A DNA stretch of 64,000 bases from an uncultured Actinomycetota bacterium (GCA_963770565.1 CAVYQE010000008.1:32001-96000); one strand, 5' to 3'. Shown: positions 21,340 through 34,625, counted from the stretch's first letter. Numbers and translations: made by a program. The notes: generated by a model not told the origin, from the sequence alone.

Positions 21340-22674
21340 GTGGCCAAGCCCACCCCGATGTCGGGGTTCCCGGAGTGGCTGCCGGAACGCCGCTTGATCG
21401 AGCAGTACGTCGTCGACACGATCCGATCGACGTTCGAGCTGCACGGCTTCGTGCCGGTCGAGACCCGGTCGGTCGAGCCGCTCGAGCAGTTGCTGCGCAA
21501 GGGTGAGACGGACAAGGAGATCTACCTGCTCAGGCGGCTGCAGGCCGAGGCGGACGATTCCGACTCAGGGCTCGGCCTGCACTTCGACCTGACCGTGCCG
21601 TTCGCCCGCTACGTCCTGGAGAACTCCGGCAAGCTCGACTTCCCACTACGGCGCTACCAGATCCAGAAGGCGTGGCGCGGCGAGCGGCCGCAGGAGGGCC
21701 GTTATCGCGAGTTCCTGCAGGCCGACATCGACGTGATCGACCGCGACACGCTCCCGTTCCACTACGAGGTGGAGCTGCCGCTGGTCATGGCCGACGCGAT
21801 CCACCGGCTGCCGGTGCCGCCGATCCGGATCCGGGTCAACAACCGCCGGATCGCGGAGGGCTTCTACCGCGGACTCGGCATCGGCGACTTCGGCCTGGTG
21901 CTAAGGACGGTCGATAAGCTCGCCAAGGTCGGGCCGCGCCGAGTGCACACGATGCTGACCGAGGAGGCCGGCTGCTCGGCCGCGCAGGCGGACGCCTGCC
22001 TGTCCCTCGCCGGCATCACCGCGGAGGACTCCTCGTTTGCGGCTGCGGTGATCGCACTGGGGATCAGCGACCCGATGCTCGATCAGGGTCTCGAGGAGTT
22101 GACGGTCGTTATCGAGGCGGCCCGCGAGCAGGCGCCCGGCCTGATCGTCGCCGATCTGAGCATCGCCCGCGGGCTCGACTACTACACCGGCACGGTCTAC
22201 GAGACCGAGCTGGTCGGGCACGAGTCGATCGGCTCGGTCTGCTCGGGCGGGCGCTACGACGCGCTCGCGTCCGACGGTGCGGTGACCTATCCCGGGGTGG
22301 GTCTGTCCCTCGGCGTGACCCGGCTGCTCGGCCGGTTGTTCGGCCAGGACGCGCTCGCGATCAGCCGAAAGGTGCCGACCTGCGCACTCGTCGCGCTCCC
22401 GGATGACGGGTCCCGGCCCCGTTGCGAGAGCATCGCGACACAACTTCGCAGCCGCGGCATCGCCTGCCACGTGGCACCGGCTGCGGAGAAGTACGGGAAG
22501 CAGATCCGGTACGCCGAACGACGGGGGATTCCGTACGTGTGGTTTCCGCAGAACGACGGCACTGATCAGGTCCGCGACATCAGGTCGGGGGAGCAGGTCG
22601 ACGCCGATCCGGCATCCTGGGCACCGCCCGCAGCAGACCTGCGCCCGAACGTGACCAGCGGCGGGGACGGATGA
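21340..22674 (+). CDS. hisS: Histidine--tRNA ligase
   Basis: 'FDLTVPFAR', 'RGERPQEGRYREFLQADID', 'RGLDYYTG', 'GGRYD'. Confidence 0.96.
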   Translation: MAKPTPMSGFPEWLPERRLIEQYVVDTIRSTFELHGFVPVETRSVEPLEQLLRKGETDKEIYLLRRLQAEADDSDSGLGLHFDLTVPFARYVLENSGKLDFPLRRYQIQKAWRGERPQEGRYREFLQADIDVIDRDTLPFHYEVELPLVMADAIHRLPVPPIRIRVNNRRIAEGFYRGLGIGDFGLVLRTVDKLAKVGPRRVHTMLTEEAGCSAAQADACLSLAGITAEDSSFAAAVIALGISDPMLDQGLEELTVVIEAAREQAPGLIVADLSIARGLDYYTGTVYETELVGHESIGSVCSGGRYDALASDGAVTYPGVGLSLGVTRLLGRLFGQDALAISRKVPTCALVALPDDGSRPRCESIATQLRSRGIACHVAPAAEKYGKQIRYAERRGIPYVWFPQNDGTDQVRDIRSGEQVDADPASWAPPAADLRPNVTSGGDG

Positions 22675-24413
22675 TCCGCACCCACCGGGCCGGCGCTCTG
22701 CGGGCAGCCGACGTCGGCACCGAAGTCACGCTCGCAGGCTGGGTGGCCCGTCGCCGCGACTTCGGCGGGCTGACCTTCCTCGACGTGCGTGACGCGAGCG
22801 GAATCGTGCAGGTCGTCTGCCGTGACCTCGAGGCGGTCCACGCGTTCCGGAGCGAGTGGTGCATCACGGTCGCCGGCGCGGTGGCCGCTCGTACACAGGA
22901 CACCGTCAACTCCAACCTCGACACCGGCGAGGTCGAGGTGGTCGCGACGTCGGTCGGCGTACTCAGCGAGAGCGACGCGCTGCCGTTCCCGATCGACGGC
23001 TCCGACGAGATCGACTCCGGCGTCGACGAGGTCCTGCGCTGGAAGCACCGCTACCTCGACCTGCGCCGCACCGGGCCGGCTCGAGCGATCCGCACCAGGG
23101 CCCGGGCCCTGTCGCTGATCCGTCAGGTGATGGAGAGCCACGACTTCGTCGACATCGAGACGCCCTACCTCACCAGATCCACCCCCGAGGGCGCACGCGA
23201 CTTCCTGGTGCCGGTGCGCCTGCAGCCGGGTCTCTGGTATGCGCTGCCGCAGTCGCCGCAGCTGTTCAAGCAGCTGCTGATGGTCGGCGGCTTCGAGCGC
23301 TACTACCAAATCGCCCGCTGCTTCCGTGACGAGGACTTCCGGGCCGACCGGACCGCGGAGTTCACCCAGCTCGACATCGAGATGTCCTTCCTCGACGAGG
23401 AGGACGTCTTCGCCCTGACCGAGGAGATGCTGGCGACACTCTGGCGCGAGCTGCTCGGCATCGATCTGCCGCGCCCGTTCCCCCGGATGACGTACGGCGA
23501 GGCTATGCGGCGCTACGGGTCCGACAAGCCCGACCTCCGCTTCGGTCTCGAGCTGGTCGACCTGACCGCGCAGGTGGCCGGCACGCAGTTCCGGGTCTTC
23601 CAGGCCGAGCACGTCGGCGCGGTCGTCGTACCGGGTGGGGCGGCCTACACCCGCAAGGAGCTCGACGCCTGGCAGGAGTGGGCCAAAGCCAGAGGCGGCA
23701 AGGGGATTGCCTGGTTGCTGGTCCCTGCCGAAGGGGAGCCGCGCGGCTCGATCGGCCAGCTGGAGCCGGAGCGACTGGCGGCCCTTCCGGCCGCCGCCGG
23801 CGCGGCGCCAGGGGACGCGATCCTGTTCGCGGCCGGTCCGCGCCGGTCCACGCTCGAACTGCTCGGCGCGCTGCGGCTCGCGGTCGGCCGGCAGCAGGGT
23901 CTGATCGACGACGCCGAGTGGCGCTTCCTCTGGATCGTCGAGGCGCCGATGTTCGAGCCGAGCGCCCACGGTGGCTGGACCGCGGTACATCACCCGTTCA
24001 CGGCGCCGACGGAGGCCTGGGCCGGGACCTTCCAGGACGACCCCGAGAACGCGCTCGCCCGCGCATACGACGTCGTCGGCAACGGGGTCGAGCTCGGCGG
24101 CGGCTCGATCCGGATCCACCAGGCCGAGATGCAGCAGCGGGTCTTCGACGTGATCGGGCTGACCCGGGAGGAGGCCCAGACCAAGTTCGGGTTCCTGCTC
24201 GAGGCGTTCCGGTACGGCCCGCCGCCGCACGGCGGGATCGCCTTCGGCATCGATCGGCTGGCCGGCGAGCTGGCCGGCACCGACGCGATCCGCGAGGTGA
24301 TGGCCTTCCCGAAGGCGTCGAGCGGCGGCGATCCGCTCACCGGCGCCCCGACGCCGATCACGGCCGAGCAGCGGGCTGAGGCCGGCATCGACGTCGACCC
24401 CGGCGCCGACTGA
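22671..24413 (+). CDS. aspS: Aspartate--tRNA ligase
   Basis: 'STPEGARDF', 'LPQSPQLFKQLLM', 'CFRDED', 'PPHGGIAFGIDR'. Confidence 0.97.
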   Translation: MIRTHRAGALRAADVGTEVTLAGWVARRRDFGGLTFLDVRDASGIVQVVCRDLEAVHAFRSEWCITVAGAVAARTQDTVNSNLDTGEVEVVATSVGVLSESDALPFPIDGSDEIDSGVDEVLRWKHRYLDLRRTGPARAIRTRARALSLIRQVMESHDFVDIETPYLTRSTPEGARDFLVPVRLQPGLWYALPQSPQLFKQLLMVGGFERYYQIARCFRDEDFRADRTAEFTQLDIEMSFLDEEDVFALTEEMLATLWRELLGIDLPRPFPRMTYGEAMRRYGSDKPDLRFGLELVDLTAQVAGTQFRVFQAEHVGAVVVPGGAAYTRKELDAWQEWAKARGGKGIAWLLVPAEGEPRGSIGQLEPERLAALPAAAGAAPGDAILFAAGPRRSTLELLGALRLAVGRQQGLIDDAEWRFLWIVEAPMFEPSAHGGWTAVHHPFTAPTEAWAGTFQDDPENALARAYDVVGNGVELGGGSIRIHQAEMQQRVFDVIGLTREEAQTKFGFLLEAFRYGPPPHGGIAFGIDRLAGELAGTDAIREVMAFPKASSGGDPLTGAPTPITAEQRAEAGIDVDPGAD

Positions 24414-24437
24414 CCGCAGCGGCATAGGCTCCGGGCT

Positions 24438-25805
24438 GTGGCCGGCGACCTGTTCTCACAGGCGGCCGAGGATCTGGCCGAGTCAACCGCGCCGCTCGCG
24501 GCCCGGATGCGGCCGCGCACGCTCGACGAGGTGGTCGGGCAGGAGCACCTGCTGACTCCTGGCGCGCCGCTGCGCCAACTGGTCGAGGGTGGCGCCAGTA
24601 CGAGCGTCCTGCTCTGGGGACCGCCGGGCAGCGGAAAGACGACGATCGCGCGCCTGCTGTCGGCGGGGCGGCTGTTCGTGGAGCTTTCCGCGGTCACCGC
24701 CGGGGTCAAGGACGTCCGGGCCGCGATCGAGGCGGCCAAGGAGCGGCTGAGCTTCCAGGGCGAGCGGACCGTGCTGTTCGTCGACGAGGTCCACCGCTTC
24801 TCGAAGTCGCAGCAGGACGCGCTGCTGCCGGGGGTCGAGGCCGGTCTGGTCACGTTCGTCGGCGCGACGACGGAGAACCCGTTCTTCTCGGTGATCTCGC
24901 CGCTGCTGTCACGCTCGCTCCTGCTCACCCTCGAGCCGCTCGACGACGAGGCGATCAGGGCGCTGATCGAGCGGGCGATGACCGACGAGCGCGGGCTCGG
25001 CGGCGATCTGACGCTGCCCGAGGCGAGCATCGCGCACCTGCTCCGCTTGTCGGCCGGGGATGCCCGGCGTGCGCTCAACGCCCTCGACGCCGCGGCCGGC
25101 GCGGCGCGCTCGCTCGGTCGGGACACGATCGACCTCGAGGTGCTGGAGCAGGCGGTCGACCGGGCCGCGGTCCGCTACGACCGCGAGGGCGACCAGCACT
25201 ACGACGTGATCAGCGCCTTCATCAAGAGCCTGCGCGGCAGCGATGTCGATGCCTCGCTGCACTACCTGGCCCGGATGCTCGAAGCGGGCGAGGACCCCCG
25301 GTTCATCGCCCGCCGCCTGATGATCTTCGCCAGCGAGGACGTCGGCCTGGCCGAACCCGGTGCGCTGGGGGTCGCGGTCGCTGCCGCCCACGCGCTCGAA
25401 CTGGTCGGCCTGCCGGAGGCCCGGCTCAACCTGGCCCAGGCGACCATCCACCTCGCGATCGCGCCGAAGAGCAACGCCGTGACCACCGCGATCGGGGCCG
25501 CGACCGCCGATGTGCGGGAGGGCCTGGCCGGCGGAGTGCCGCCGGCGCTGCGGGACGCCCACTACCCCGGGGCAAAGCGCTTACATCACGGGGACGGCTA
25601 CCGATACCCTCATGATTTCCCCGGCGGGGTCGTCGAGCAGCAGTATGTACCGGACGAGGTGCTCGGCCGGGACTACTACCGCCCCTCCGACAGGGGCGCC
25701 GAGCGGGCCGCGGCCGAGCGGCTCGCGGCACTGCGCACCACGGTGCGCGGGGCACCAACCGGCGCTGCGGACCGCGCAGCGCCACACGACGACGGGGAGC
25801 AGTAG
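24438..25805 (+). CDS. rarA: Replication-associated recombination protein A (MgsA/RarA)
   Basis: 'PLAARMRP', 'GPPGSGKTT', 'DEVHRF', 'GATTENP', 'SAFIKS', 'ASEDVG'. Confidence 0.95.
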   Translation: MAGDLFSQAAEDLAESTAPLAARMRPRTLDEVVGQEHLLTPGAPLRQLVEGGASTSVLLWGPPGSGKTTIARLLSAGRLFVELSAVTAGVKDVRAAIEAAKERLSFQGERTVLFVDEVHRFSKSQQDALLPGVEAGLVTFVGATTENPFFSVISPLLSRSLLLTLEPLDDEAIRALIERAMTDERGLGGDLTLPEASIAHLLRLSAGDARRALNALDAAAGAARSLGRDTIDLEVLEQAVDRAAVRYDREGDQHYDVISAFIKSLRGSDVDASLHYLARMLEAGEDPRFIARRLMIFASEDVGLAEPGALGVAVAAAHALELVGLPEARLNLAQATIHLAIAPKSNAVTTAIGAATADVREGLAGGVPPALRDAHYPGAKRLHHGDGYRYPHDFPGGVVEQQYVPDEVLGRDYYRPSDRGAERAAAERLAALRTTVRGAPTGAADRAAPHDDGEQ

Positions 25806-25808
25806 CAG

Positions 25809-26261
25809 ATGACGGTCCTAGCGAGCGGCGGGTTGTCGGGCGGGGAGGTCGCCGGGCTGATCGTTGCGGTGTTCTGGGGGGTGCTGGTCTGCTTCCTGGC
25901 CTACGTGCTGCTCAAGCTCGGCAAGGTCATCGGCGAGACCGCGAAGCTGGTCAATGGCGTGGCCGACCAGACCGTGCCCCTGCTCGGCGAGGTCACGACC
26001 TCGGTGGTGCAGGTCAATGCCGAGCTGACCCGGGTCGACACGATTGCATCCAACGTGGAGGACATCTCCAGCAACGCGAAGGCGATGACCTCGTTGTTCG
26101 CGGCCACCGTGGGCTCCCCGGTGATCAAGATCGCGGCCTTCTCCTACGGCGTCCGGCGGGCGATGAAGAGCAAGCAGGAGGAGGACGTCCGCAAGCGGGT
26201 GAAGGCCCAGATGAAGTCGGACCGCTCGGCCCGCAAGGCCGCGAAGAAGGCCTCGACATGA
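25809..26261 (+). CDS. DUF948 family membrane protein
   Basis: N-terminal TM, coiled segment and 'PVIKIAAFSYGVRRA'. Conserved position upstream of alaS. Confidence 0.8.
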   Translation: MTVLASGGLSGGEVAGLIVAVFWGVLVCFLAYVLLKLGKVIGETAKLVNGVADQTVPLLGEVTTSVVQVNAELTRVDTIASNVEDISSNAKAMTSLFAATVGSPVIKIAAFSYGVRRAMKSKQEEDVRKRVKAQMKSDRSARKAAKKAST

Positions 26262-26491
26262 GACGGCTGTTCTACATCGCCTTCGGCGCCACGGTCGGGG
26301 TCATCGTCGTACGCCGGGTCAGCAACGCGGCGGCGAAGTGGACGCCGGAAGGCCTCGCCGCTCAGGCCGGTGGGCTGCAGGGCCAGCTCGGCGAGTGGTG
26401 GGCGATCGTGAGGGAGTCGGCGGCCGCGCGCGAGCGCGAGCTGCGTGAGGCCCTGGGCATCGACGACGACAGCGAGCACTCCGCGGCATGA
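26258..26491 (+). CDS. Small conserved protein (DUF6167-like)
   Basis: 'MRRLFYIAFGATVGV...RERELREALG'. ATGA overlaps on both sides. Confidence 0.7.
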   Translation: MRRLFYIAFGATVGVIVVRRVSNAAAKWTPEGLAAQAGGLQGQLGEWWAIVRESAAARERELREALGIDDDSEHSAA

Positions 26492-29172
26492 AGTCGGTTG
26501 AAATTGCGGAGCGCTTCCTGCGCTTCTTCGAGGCTCGCGGGCACACCATCGTGCCGTCCGCCTCGCTGGTGGTGCCCGATCCGACCCTGCTGCTGGTGAA
26601 CGCCGGCATGGTGCCGTTCAAGCCGTACTTCCTCGGCGAGGAGCAGCCGCCCTTCTCCCGCGCCGCCAGCGTGCAGAAGTGCGTACGGACCGGCGACATC
26701 GACATCGTCGGCACCAACAGCCGCAACGTCTCCTTCTTCCAGATGGCCGGCAATTTCTCCTTCGGCGACTATTTCAAGGAGGGCGCGATCCCGCTCGCCT
26801 GGGAGCTGCTCACGATGTCGCGGGACGACGGCGGCTTCGGCTTCGACCCGCAGCGGCTGTGGCCGACGGTCTACCGCGATGACGACGAGGCCTACCAGGT
26901 CTGGACCGATGTCGTCGGCGTACCGGCCGAGCGGGTCCAGCGCCGCGAGCGCGAGGACAACTACTGGTCGATGGGCGTGCCGGGCCCGTGCGGGCCGTGC
27001 TCGGAGATCTACTTCGACCGCGGGCCGGAGTACGGCCGCGACGGCGGGCCGAGCGCCGACGAGGAGCGCTTCCTCGAGGTCTGGAACCTCGTCTTCATGC
27101 AGTACGAACGCGGCGAGGGCGAGGGCTATGACTACGTCGACCACCTGATCGGCGACCTGCCGGCGCGCAACATCGACACCGGTATGGGCGTCGATCGGAT
27201 GGCCGTGGTCCTGCAGGGCGTCGACAACATCTTCGAGACCGACCTGCTGCGGCCGATGCTCGACCGGGCGGCGCAGATCAGCGGGGTCCCGTACGGCCGG
27301 GACAGCGAGTCCGACGTCCGGCTGCGGGTGGTCGCCGACCACACCCGCACCTCGACGATGCTGATCGCCGACGGCGTGGTGCCAGGCAACGAAGGCCGCG
27401 GCTACGTCCTGCGCCGGATGATCCGTCGCGCGGTCCGCACCTTGCGGCTGCTCGGAGTCGAGCAGGCCGGCATGGGCGACCTGGTCGCGCTTGCCTGCCA
27501 GGTGATGAGCCCGTCCTTCCCGGCGCTGGGGGACAACGCGAGCCGGATCGAGGCAGTGGCCGCACAGGAAGAGGAGTCGTTCCTCTCGACCTTGCGGACC
27601 GGATCGGTGCTCTTCGACCGGCTTTCGGGTGACCTGCGCCGCGAGGGCACGTCGACGGTGCCCGGCGACCAGGCGTTCCTGCTGCATGACACCTACGGTT
27701 TCCCGATCGATCTCACCCTCGAGATGGCCCGCGAGCAGGGCTTGCACGTCGACGAGGACGGTTTCCGCCGCCTGATGGACGAGCAGCGGCAGCGGGCCAA
27801 ACGCGACACCGCGGAGCGCAAGAGCGCCCAGGCCGATCTCGGGGTCTATCGCGGGCTGCTCGAGCATGGCGGGCAGACCACCTTCACCGGATACTCGGAG
27901 GTCGAGGCCGAAGGCACCCTGAAGGCGATCCTCGTCGACGGGGAGCTGACGCCCACGGCCGGTGAAGGTACCGAGGTCGAGATCGCGCTCGACCGCACCC
28001 CGTTCTACGCCGAGGCCGGCGGCCAGCTCGCCGATCACGGCCGGCTCGAGCTCGGTGACGGCTCGATCATCGAGGTGTACGACGCGCAGCGCCCGGTGGC
28101 CGACCTGATCGTGCACCGGGGCCGGATCGTCACCGGCCACGCCAACGTGGGCGACCCGGTGATCGCGACGGTCGACGTCGAGCGCCGCAAGGCGATCTCG
28201 CGCGCGCACACGGCGACCCACCTCGTGCATCAGGCGATCCGGCGGGCGCTCGGCGAGTATGCAACCCAGGCCGGGTCGATGAACGACGCCGGGCGGTTCC
28301 GGTTCGACTTCAACTCGCCGACCGCCGTACCGGACAGCGTCATCGCCGACGTCGAGGCCGAGGTCAACGACGTCCTGTTGGCCGACCTCGCGGTCCGCGC
28401 CTTCGTGACCACTCAGGACGAGGCCCGGCGGATTGGTGCGTTGGCGTTGTTCGGCGAGAAGTACGGCGAAGCCGTGCGGGTGGTCGAGGTCGGCGACTAC
28501 GCGCGTGAATTGTGTGGCGGCACGCATGCGCTCCGCTCGGCCCAGCTCGGGATGGTCAAGCTGCTCAGCGAGGCGTCGATCGGGGCCGGCAAGCGCCGGA
28601 TCGAAGGGCTGGTCGGCGCCGACGCCTACACCCATCTCGCTCGCGAGCACCTGCTGGTGAGCCAGCTCTCCGGCATCCTCAGCGCGAGTCCGGAGGAGCT
28701 GGTCGACCGGGTCAATGCCGTCCTCGGCCGGGTGCGCGAGCTGGAGAAGGAGTTCGAGCGGATGCGTGGCGCCGCGGTCCTCGCCGGCGCGGTCGAGCTG
28801 GCCGGCTCGGCCACCGATCACAACGGGGTGGCCGTGGTCGCGCACCGGCTGCCTGACGGCGCGGACGCCGACGACCTCCGCAAGCTTGCGCTCGACGTCC
28901 GCGGCCGGCTCGACTCGTCGCGCCCGGCCGTCGTCGTGACGGCCGCGATCACCGACGGCCGGCCACTGATCGCGGTGGCGGTCAACGACGCCGGCCGTGA
29001 CCGCGGGCTGCGGGCCGGCCAGCTGGTCCGCGAGGCATCCTCCGCGCTCGGCGGCGGCGGTGGCGGCCGGGACGACCTGGCACAAGGCGGCGGCACCAAC
29101 GCAGCCGCCCTCGACGGGGTGCTCACCGAGCTTCCCGCCTCGATCGGTCGCCAGGCCGTCGATGGCGCTTGA
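26488..29172 (+). CDS. alaS: Alanine--tRNA ligase
   Basis: 'NAGMVPFK', 'QKCVRT', 'GNFSFGDYFK', 'HTATH', 'ELCGGTH', C-terminal 'GGGGGR..AQGGG'. Confidence 0.97.
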   Translation: MKSVEIAERFLRFFEARGHTIVPSASLVVPDPTLLLVNAGMVPFKPYFLGEEQPPFSRAASVQKCVRTGDIDIVGTNSRNVSFFQMAGNFSFGDYFKEGAIPLAWELLTMSRDDGGFGFDPQRLWPTVYRDDDEAYQVWTDVVGVPAERVQRREREDNYWSMGVPGPCGPCSEIYFDRGPEYGRDGGPSADEERFLEVWNLVFMQYERGEGEGYDYVDHLIGDLPARNIDTGMGVDRMAVVLQGVDNIFETDLLRPMLDRAAQISGVPYGRDSESDVRLRVVADHTRTSTMLIADGVVPGNEGRGYVLRRMIRRAVRTLRLLGVEQAGMGDLVALACQVMSPSFPALGDNASRIEAVAAQEEESFLSTLRTGSVLFDRLSGDLRREGTSTVPGDQAFLLHDTYGFPIDLTLEMAREQGLHVDEDGFRRLMDEQRQRAKRDTAERKSAQADLGVYRGLLEHGGQTTFTGYSEVEAEGTLKAILVDGELTPTAGEGTEVEIALDRTPFYAEAGGQLADHGRLELGDGSIIEVYDAQRPVADLIVHRGRIVTGHANVGDPVIATVDVERRKAISRAHTATHLVHQAIRRALGEYATQAGSMNDAGRFRFDFNSPTAVPDSVIADVEAEVNDVLLADLAVRAFVTTQDEARRIGALALFGEKYGEAVRVVEVGDYARELCGGTHALRSAQLGMVKLLSEASIGAGKRRIEGLVGADAYTHLAREHLLVSQLSGILSASPEELVDRVNAVLGRVRELEKEFERMRGAAVLAGAVELAGSATDHNGVAVVAHRLPDGADADDLRKLALDVRGRLDSSRPAVVVTAAITDGRPLIAVAVNDAGRDRGLRAGQLVREASSALGGGGGGRDDLAQGGGTNAAALDGVLTELPASIGRQAVDGA

Positions 29173-29182
29173 GCCGTCATCG

Positions 29183-29653
29183 ATGGTCGGCGTTGCCGTG
29201 AGGACCGGAGTTCGAGTCGCGGTGGACGTCGGCAGCGTGCGGGTGGGGGTCGCCGCCTCGGATCCGGCCGGCGTCCTCGCGACGCCGGTCGCAGTCCTGC
29301 GGCGGGACCGCCGCGGTGGCCGCGATCTCGACGAGCTCGCGGCGCTTGTTGCCGAGCGCGCCGCGGTCGAAGTGCTCGTCGGGCTGCCGAAGTCATTGTC
29401 GGGCCGGCAGGGCGTGGCCGCGGCCGGCGCCCGCAGTTACGCCGTGGAGCTGGCCGGCCGGGTTGCACCGGTCGAGGTGCGGCTGGTCGACGAACGGCTG
29501 ACGACCGCAGAGGCGGCCCGCGGGCTGCGGTCCGCGGGCGTGCGGTCGAAGCCGGGGCGTGCGGTGATCGACGCCGCGGCCGCGGTCGTCATCCTCCAGC
29601 ACGCGCTCGATCTCGAGCGGGCCACCGGGGCCGTCCCCGGCGAGGCGCTGTAG
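29183..29653 (+). CDS. ruvX: YqgF/RuvX family nuclease
   Basis: 'VAVDVGSVRVGVAASD', 'VGLP', 'VDERLTT', 'IDAAAAVVILQ'. Start uncertain (29162, 29183 or 29198). Confidence 0.92.
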   Translation: MVGVAVRTGVRVAVDVGSVRVGVAASDPAGVLATPVAVLRRDRRGGRDLDELAALVAERAAVEVLVGLPKSLSGRQGVAAAGARSYAVELAGRVAPVEVRLVDERLTTAEAARGLRSAGVRSKPGRAVIDAAAAVVILQHALDLERATGAVPGEAL

Positions 29654-29663
29654 TGAGCGGTCG

Positions 29664-30785
29664 ATGAGCGGGCTCGGGTTCGGCATGACCGAGGACCATG
29701 GCGGCTCGGGTGCGCCGAGCAACCGCCGCGGGCTGATCTTCGCGGTCGTCCTGTTCCTGGTCGTCGCGGTGATCGCCGCGGTCGCGCTGGCCTCACCGAT
29801 CAAGCAGCTGTTCGGCAGTGGCAACGGCGACTACTCCGGTGAGGGCACCGGTTCGGTGCTGGTGGAGGTGCACCAAGGTGACACCGCGTCCGCCATCGGC
29901 GCCAGCCTGGCGAAGGCCGGTGTGGTGCGGAGCACCGCGGTGTTCACCAGCGCCGCGGCGCTGAACCCGCGTTCGCGCGACATTCAGCCCGGCACGTACC
30001 GGATGCACGAGCACATGCAGGCATCGCTCGCGTTGGCGCTCATGCTCAACCCGAAGTCGCTGGTCTCATACCGGGTCACGATCCCCGAAGGCTTCACCGC
30101 GGCCGCGATCGTCGCGCGGATCGCCGACAAGACGCCGATCTCCAAAGCGTCGCTGCAGGCTGCGCTGGCAGACCCGGCTTCCCTGCACCTGCCGTCGTAT
30201 GCGGACGGCCCGGCGCCATCGACCGCCACGCCGAATAGCGGGGTCGAGGGCTTCCTGTTCCCGGCCACCTACGAGATCGCGCCCGGTGAGACGGCCACCC
30301 AGGTGCTCTCGGAGATGGTCACCCGGTTCGATCAGGCCGCGGCGCAGGCCAAGTTGGCCGCCGGCGCGAAGAAGCTGGGGTTGTCGCCGTACGCGGTCAT
30401 CACGCTGGCTTCGATCGTGCAGCGCGAGGGCCTGCTGGTTCGGGACTACCCCAAGATCGCCGAGGTGTTCACCAACCGGCTGGCGGCAAGCATGCCGCTG
30501 GGCTCGGACGCGACGCTGTACTACATCCTCGGGCCCAACCACGGCCCGCTGACCAACACCGATCTCGCCAACCCATCGCCGTACAACACCCGGACCAACC
30601 TCGGGCTGCCGCCGTCGCCGATCAACTCGCCGGGGCAGGCCGCGATCGACGCGGTCCTGCACCACCCCAAGGGACCGCTGTTGTACTTCGTCACCATCGA
30701 CAAGGCGGGGCACACCGCGTTCGCGACCACGCTGGCCCGCTTCAACCAGCTGGTCGCGAAGTCGAAGGCGAACGGCGTTTCGTAG
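29664..30785 (+). CDS. mltG: Endolytic transglycosylase MltG
   Basis: TM anchor, 'VTIPEG', 'EGFLFPATY', 'ASIVQRE', 'SPYNT..GLPPSPINSPG'. Confidence 0.92.
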   Translation: MSGLGFGMTEDHGGSGAPSNRRGLIFAVVLFLVVAVIAAVALASPIKQLFGSGNGDYSGEGTGSVLVEVHQGDTASAIGASLAKAGVVRSTAVFTSAAALNPRSRDIQPGTYRMHEHMQASLALALMLNPKSLVSYRVTIPEGFTAAAIVARIADKTPISKASLQAALADPASLHLPSYADGPAPSTATPNSGVEGFLFPATYEIAPGETATQVLSEMVTRFDQAAAQAKLAAGAKKLGLSPYAVITLASIVQREGLLVRDYPKIAEVFTNRLAASMPLGSDATLYYILGPNHGPLTNTDLANPSPYNTRTNLGLPPSPINSPGQAAIDAVLHHPKGPLLYFVTIDKAGHTAFATTLARFNQLVAKSKANGVS

Positions 30786-31619
30786 ATGTCCACTCGACGG
30801 GGCGGTGCCGCGCTGGGCTCGCCGATCGGGCACTCGCTCTCACCGGTGCTGCACCGGGCGGCGTACGACGCGCTCGGGCTGGTCGGCTGGTCGTTCCGCA
30901 CGGTCGAGTGCACGGTCGACCGGCTCGGGGAGACCGTGCGGGCCCTCGACGAGGAAGGTCTGGCCGGGGTCGGGCTGACGATGCCGCTCAAGCGGGCCAT
31001 CCTCCCGATGCTGGCCGGTCACGACGAGCGGGTGACGGCCACTGCCGCGGCCAACACGGTCGTGTTCCGGGACGACGGCTGGTACGGCGCCAACACCGAT
31101 GTCCCTGGCATGATCGCGGTGCTCACCGCGATGCAGGTCGTCGGTTCGGCGGGCGCCGAGCCGCCCTGGCTCCTGGGCGCTGGCGCAACGGCGGGCTCGG
31201 CGCTCGCGGCGCTCGGCGACCTGGGCTATGCGAGCGCGGTCGTGGTGGCGCGCCGCCCGGCCGAGACCGGCGACCTGCGCGCGGTGGCGGACCGGGTCGG
31301 GATCGGCATCGAGGTCCGGCCGTGGACCGAGATCGCGGGCGCCGCCTCGGCGGCGCTGCTGGTGGCAGCGACGCCGGCCGGCGCGACCGATGAGCTCGCC
31401 GCCACGCTGCCGGGTGCCGGCGGGCTGCTGTTCGACGTGATCTACACGCCCTGGCCGACCCCGTTGGCCAAGGCCTGGGTCGATCACGGTGGCCGGGCGG
31501 TCGGCGGCCTTGAGCTGCTCATCGAGCAGGCGGTCGAACAGGTCCGGCTGATGACCGGCCGGACCCCGCCGACCGACCGACTGAGGCAGGCCGGGTACGC
31601 CGCAATGGCCGCACGCTGA
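30786..31619 (+). CDS. aroE: Shikimate dehydrogenase
   Basis: 'GSPIGHSLSPVLH', 'LTMPLK', 'ANT', 'NTDV', 'GAGATA', 'FDVIY'. Confidence 0.93.
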   Translation: MSTRRGGAALGSPIGHSLSPVLHRAAYDALGLVGWSFRTVECTVDRLGETVRALDEEGLAGVGLTMPLKRAILPMLAGHDERVTATAAANTVVFRDDGWYGANTDVPGMIAVLTAMQVVGSAGAEPPWLLGAGATAGSALAALGDLGYASAVVVARRPAETGDLRAVADRVGIGIEVRPWTEIAGAASAALLVAATPAGATDELAATLPGAGGLLFDVIYTPWPTPLAKAWVDHGGRAVGGLELLIEQAVEQVRLMTGRTPPTDRLRQAGYAAMAAR

Positions 31620-31627
31620 TCGGTTAG

Positions 31628-33839
<2,212 letters not shown>

Positions 33840-33840
<1 letters not shown>

Positions 33841-34625
33841 TGGCCGGGCGCACCCCGCTGATGGCGGGCAACTGGAAGATGAACCTCACCCACCTCGAGG
33901 CGATCGCGCTGGTCCAGAAGCTGGCCTTCTCCTTTACCGACAAGGACTACGACGGGTGCGACGTGGTCGTCCTGCCCCCGTTCACCGACATCCGCAGCGT
34001 CCAGACCATGGTGGACGGCGACCACCTGCGGATCCGCTACGGCGCCCAGGACCTCTCGCCGTACGACGCCGGTGCCTACACCGGGGACATCAGCGGCGTG
34101 ATGCTCGCGAAGCTGGGTTGCTCCTACGTCGTGATCGGGCACTCCGAGCGGCGCGAGCACCATGCCGAGACCGACGACGTCGTGAACGCGAAGGTCCGGG
34201 CCGCCTATCGCAACGGCCTGACCCCGATCCTGTGCGTCGGCGAGTCCCTCGACGTTCGCCAGGCGGGCAACCAGGTCGCCCACACCACGGCTCAGCTCAC
34301 CGCCGCGCTCCGCGACGTCACCGCGGCGCAGGCCGGTTCGATCGTGGTCGCCTACGAGCCGATCTGGGCGATCGGCACCGGCGAAGTGGCGACCCCGGCC
34401 GACGCCCAGGAGGTCTGCGGGCGGTTGCGGGCAACTCTTGCCGGTTTGTACACCGATGCGGTCGCACGCGCGGTTCGGGTCCTCTACGGCGGGTCGGTGA
34501 AGGGCGACAACATTGCAGGAATCATGGCCGAGCCGGATGTAGACGGCGCACTTGTCGGCGGGGCCAGCCTCGCACCGGAAGATTTTGTCCGGATCGTGCG
34601 ATTCGACACGCAGTCTTCCGCTTGA
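33840..34625 (+). CDS. tpiA: Triosephosphate isomerase
   Basis: 'AGNWKMN', 'GHSERR', '[11 protein letters not shown]', 'LYGGSV', 'LVGGASL'. Confidence 0.97.

Noticed and set aside
26362-29085. Long antisense ORFs (also 9558..11378, 15668..17434, 22566..24425, 47935..49617 and others)
   Set aside because: Stop-poor shadow frames opposite high-GC3 housekeeping genes, with no recognisable motifs.
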